From Gemmataceae bacterium (GTDB lineage Bacteria; Planctomycetota; Planctomycetia; Gemmatales; Gemmataceae): DNA of 42,436 nucleotides. The stretch covers positions 1 to 42,436 of the forward strand of contig DAIOGM010000007.1 of assembly GCA_036745215.1 (NCBI GenBank), written 5' to 3'. Under the pieces are notes generated by a model. The model saw nothing but the letters and a program-made list of their open reading frames with translations. It ran no database searches and had not been told where the DNA came from. Both the position numbers and the translations under genes were made by a program. Below are positions 40,355 through 42,436 of this stretch, piece after piece. Within the stretch, counting starts at the first letter, position 1, and each line of letters opens with the position of its first letter.

Positions 40355-40725
40355 GGCACTCCTCCCGTTTCCTTCGCGTGCTTGCCAAGTTTACTTAAGC
40401 GGCACGCTCGGGTGGCAATTGAGGCAAGCTTCGAAAACTCTTCGGTCTTGCGCCACCGTTCCGCTTGTGACGCCATTACCAGACTTTCCGATTGCCGCCA
40501 AAGTTCCGCTTCTGGCGCTTGTGCGGCATTGACGAAGCTTGCGAGCTTTTCCTGTCCCCCGATTGTTTCCACGAATGCCTGTTGTAATGCCGAATCTTGT
40601 CCGTGAGCGAAGTCTCGCAGAAACAACGGGCTCATCAATAACGATCCGTGGTTGGAAAAACAACCTCGCTTTGGGCCCGCCTTTTAGCCGCTTGCGGCGT
40701 AGCAATCTGTCCAAAGAGGTGATGG

Positions 40726-42318
40726 ATGCGTTGGTTCAAAACGACAATGACGGCAGCGGCGCTCGGTTTCCTGGGCGTCATCGGATATGGACAGGACGCG
40801 AGTCGGCCGGCGAATGCGATTCGCCTCGGCACGCCGACGCGTCTGGACGACGGCGTGGTCCAGGCCGGTTTCTCATCCATGGCCCCCGCGTCGGCGGAAG
40901 TGCAACCGGCGGCGTTCGCGCCGCTGCCGCCGCGCATCGTGCGCGGATCCCGGCCGCTACCCGACGATCGACCGATCGCGGTGTACAAGCCGTTCGATTT
41001 CACGATCGCGGAGGAGACGGAGCCGTCGCGGATCAACGACGTGCCGCGATTCGAACGCGTCGCGGAATCGTTGCCCGCGCCGACGGCGGCGTTTCTTCCC
41101 GACGAATTGCCAAAGACCATTACCGTTGCCGCCAAACACGAAACTATCATCATCGTCGATGAACGCGGCAACCCCATCAACAACGCGGAATCGATTTTCG
41201 ATCCGCTGGGCCGCTTCTACGCCCGCGCCGAGTTTCTCTGGTGGTGGACGCGCGGCTTCCGCGTGCCGCCGCTGGTGACGACGGCGTCCCCGTTCGATCC
41301 CGAACGCACGCGCGGCACCCTCGGCTTCGGCTCGACGAGCATCCTTAACGGCGACGACCGGACGTCCTCCGGCGGTCGCCCCGGCGGCCGATTCACCCTC
41401 GGCTACTCGCTCGATCCGTGCGGCCTGTGCAGCATCGAAGGCAACTTCTTTTTCCTTGGCCAAAAGAATAACAACGCCCTGTTTGACAGCAGCGCATTCC
41501 CGGTGCTCGCCCGGCCGTTCTTCAATATCAACGATGGAACGCCAGATCGCGAGTTGACGACGTCGCCGGCGCTCGTGCCGGGCGACGTGTTCAAGGCCGC
41601 CGGCTCGATTCGCGTCGATTCGTCGAGTTCACTTTTGGGCGCGGAACTCAACTTGTTGCGGCAAGCCTGGTGCAACGATTGCAGCCGGCTCTCGTACCTG
41701 GTCGGTTTCCGCTATCTGCAATTGCGGGAAAACCTCGGCATCACGGAAGACTTCGTCGTGCAGCAGGATATCCCGGCCGCGCCGCCGAACATCCCGATCC
41801 TCGCCGGCGATCACATCACGGTCTTCGATTTGTTTGAAACGACCAATCGCTTTTACGGCGGCCAGGTCGGCCTCACCGGCGAACGCCATCGCGGCCGCTG
41901 GACGATGGAAGGCACCGTCAAGCTCGCCATCGGCGCGACGCGCCAGAGCGTGGATATCAACGGCGGCCAGGAAATCACCTCGCGCGGCATGACGCGCGCC
42001 TTCGCCGGCGGCCTCTACGCCTTGCCCAGCAACATCGGCCATCACACGCAAACGCGTTTCGGCTTCGTGCCGGAGGTCGGCGTCAAGCTCGGCTACAACT
42101 TGAGCGACAACGTCCGCCTGTACGTCGGCTACGATTTCCTCTACTGGTCGAGCGTCCTTCGTCCCGGCGATCAGATCGACCCGGTGCTCGATCTCAATCA
42201 GGTGCCCAACTCCGGCGGCCCGTTCCCGCCTGCCAGCCAGGTGCGACCGCGCGTGCCGTTCCAGACCTCGAGCTTCTGGGCACAGGGAGTCAACGCGGGT
42301 GTGCTGATTCGGTATTGA
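40726..42318 (+). CDS. BBP7-family outer-membrane beta-barrel protein
   Basis: Signal peptide MRWFKTTMTAAALGFLGVIGYG. RFYARAEFLWWWTRGFRVPPLVTT is the BBP7 hallmark as I recall it. Alternating beta-strand pattern through to the C-terminal ...GVNAGVLIRY. Confidence 0.75.
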   Translation: MRWFKTTMTAAALGFLGVIGYGQDASRPANAIRLGTPTRLDDGVVQAGFSSMAPASAEVQPAAFAPLPPRIVRGSRPLPDDRPIAVYKPFDFTIAEETEPSRINDVPRFERVAESLPAPTAAFLPDELPKTITVAAKHETIIIVDERGNPINNAESIFDPLGRFYARAEFLWWWTRGFRVPPLVTTASPFDPERTRGTLGFGSTSILNGDDRTSSGGRPGGRFTLGYSLDPCGLCSIEGNFFFLGQKNNNALFDSSAFPVLARPFFNINDGTPDRELTTSPALVPGDVFKAAGSIRVDSSSSLLGAELNLLRQAWCNDCSRLSYLVGFRYLQLRENLGITEDFVVQQDIPAAPPNIPILAGDHITVFDLFETTNRFYGGQVGLTGERHRGRWTMEGTVKLAIGATRQSVDINGGQEITSRGMTRAFAGGLYALPSNIGHHTQTRFGFVPEVGVKLGYNLSDNVRLYVGYDFLYWSSVLRPGDQIDPVLDLNQVPNSGGPFPPASQVRPRVPFQTSSFWAQGVNAGVLIRY

Positions 42319-42330
42319 GAAAGTTAACCA

Positions 42331-42356
42331 CAGATGGACACAGATGGACACGGATA
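42331..42356. repeat. CAGATGGACA x 2 plus a partial third unit, downstream of the BBP7 gene
   Basis: Direct reading. The minus strand encodes the ICVHLWL-type peptide seen in spurious ORFs over this kind of repeat. Confidence 0.7.
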
Positions 42357-42436
42357 AATGCAAGAGACGCGGCCTGTCCAATCCTATCTGTTCTACTAAT
42401 GATCAGAATCTTTGTTTCCTGCGCAAGTTTTCCAAT

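Noticed and set aside
7355-42356. A CRISPR array or other regularly spaced repeat array.
   Set aside because: The repeat families are dispersed kilobases apart, are palindromic with no constant spacer length, and no cas genes are present.

Overview
This is a GC-rich (roughly 60%) chromosomal segment. I infer a Planctomycetota (Pirellulales-like) origin from gene content: a PSCyt1/DUF1549/DUF1553 giant, a Tat-signal DUF1501 protein, a BBP7-type outer-membrane barrel, a PEP-CTERM protein, a BatA/VWA giant next to MoxR, a DUF1583-like protein and a BamB/PQQ-propeller giant. All family names are by-eye motif recognition, not searches. I call about 33 protein genes. Housekeeping anchors are gyrA (27724-30489), ispH (32416-33276) and rnc (36103-36831). 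I saw no rRNA, tRNA, CRISPR array, transposase, integrase or reverse transcriptase.

Gene neighbourhoods:
- A minus-strand run: FkbM methyltransferase, MsbA-like ABC exporter, GT39/ArnT-like transferase, GT2, NHL propeller lipoprotein, 1195-aa VWA membrane giant, then MoxR.
- A PSCyt and DUF1501 pair split by about 2.8 kb of accessory genes: Uma2 nuclease, a cysteine-dioxygenase-like cupin translationally coupled to a retropepsin-like protease, and a DUF1583-like zinc-ribbon membrane protein.
- A low-GC MazF/PemK toxin module with an unrecognisable partner, directly behind gyrA.
- An envelope/EPS-type corner: SDR epimerase, Wza-like exporter, small secreted protein, poly-proline PEP-CTERM protein, BBP7 barrel.

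The most unusual sequence-level signal is non-coding.
- At least six unrelated long palindromes or repeat families occupy the intergenic gaps, with perfect stems of 23-36 bp.
- Three families recur within the window.
- One unit of family B is embedded in frame inside the DUF1501 gene, and a separate AT-rich palindromic insert sits in frame inside the GT39 gene.
- There is also a 7-bp x 6.7 tandem array made of TTGACA-containing units, and an AT-rich 33-nt inverted repeat built from TGGCAAAAA motifs.

I cannot point to a single clearly novel multi-gene system. The best candidates are flagged in the findings with explicit tests.
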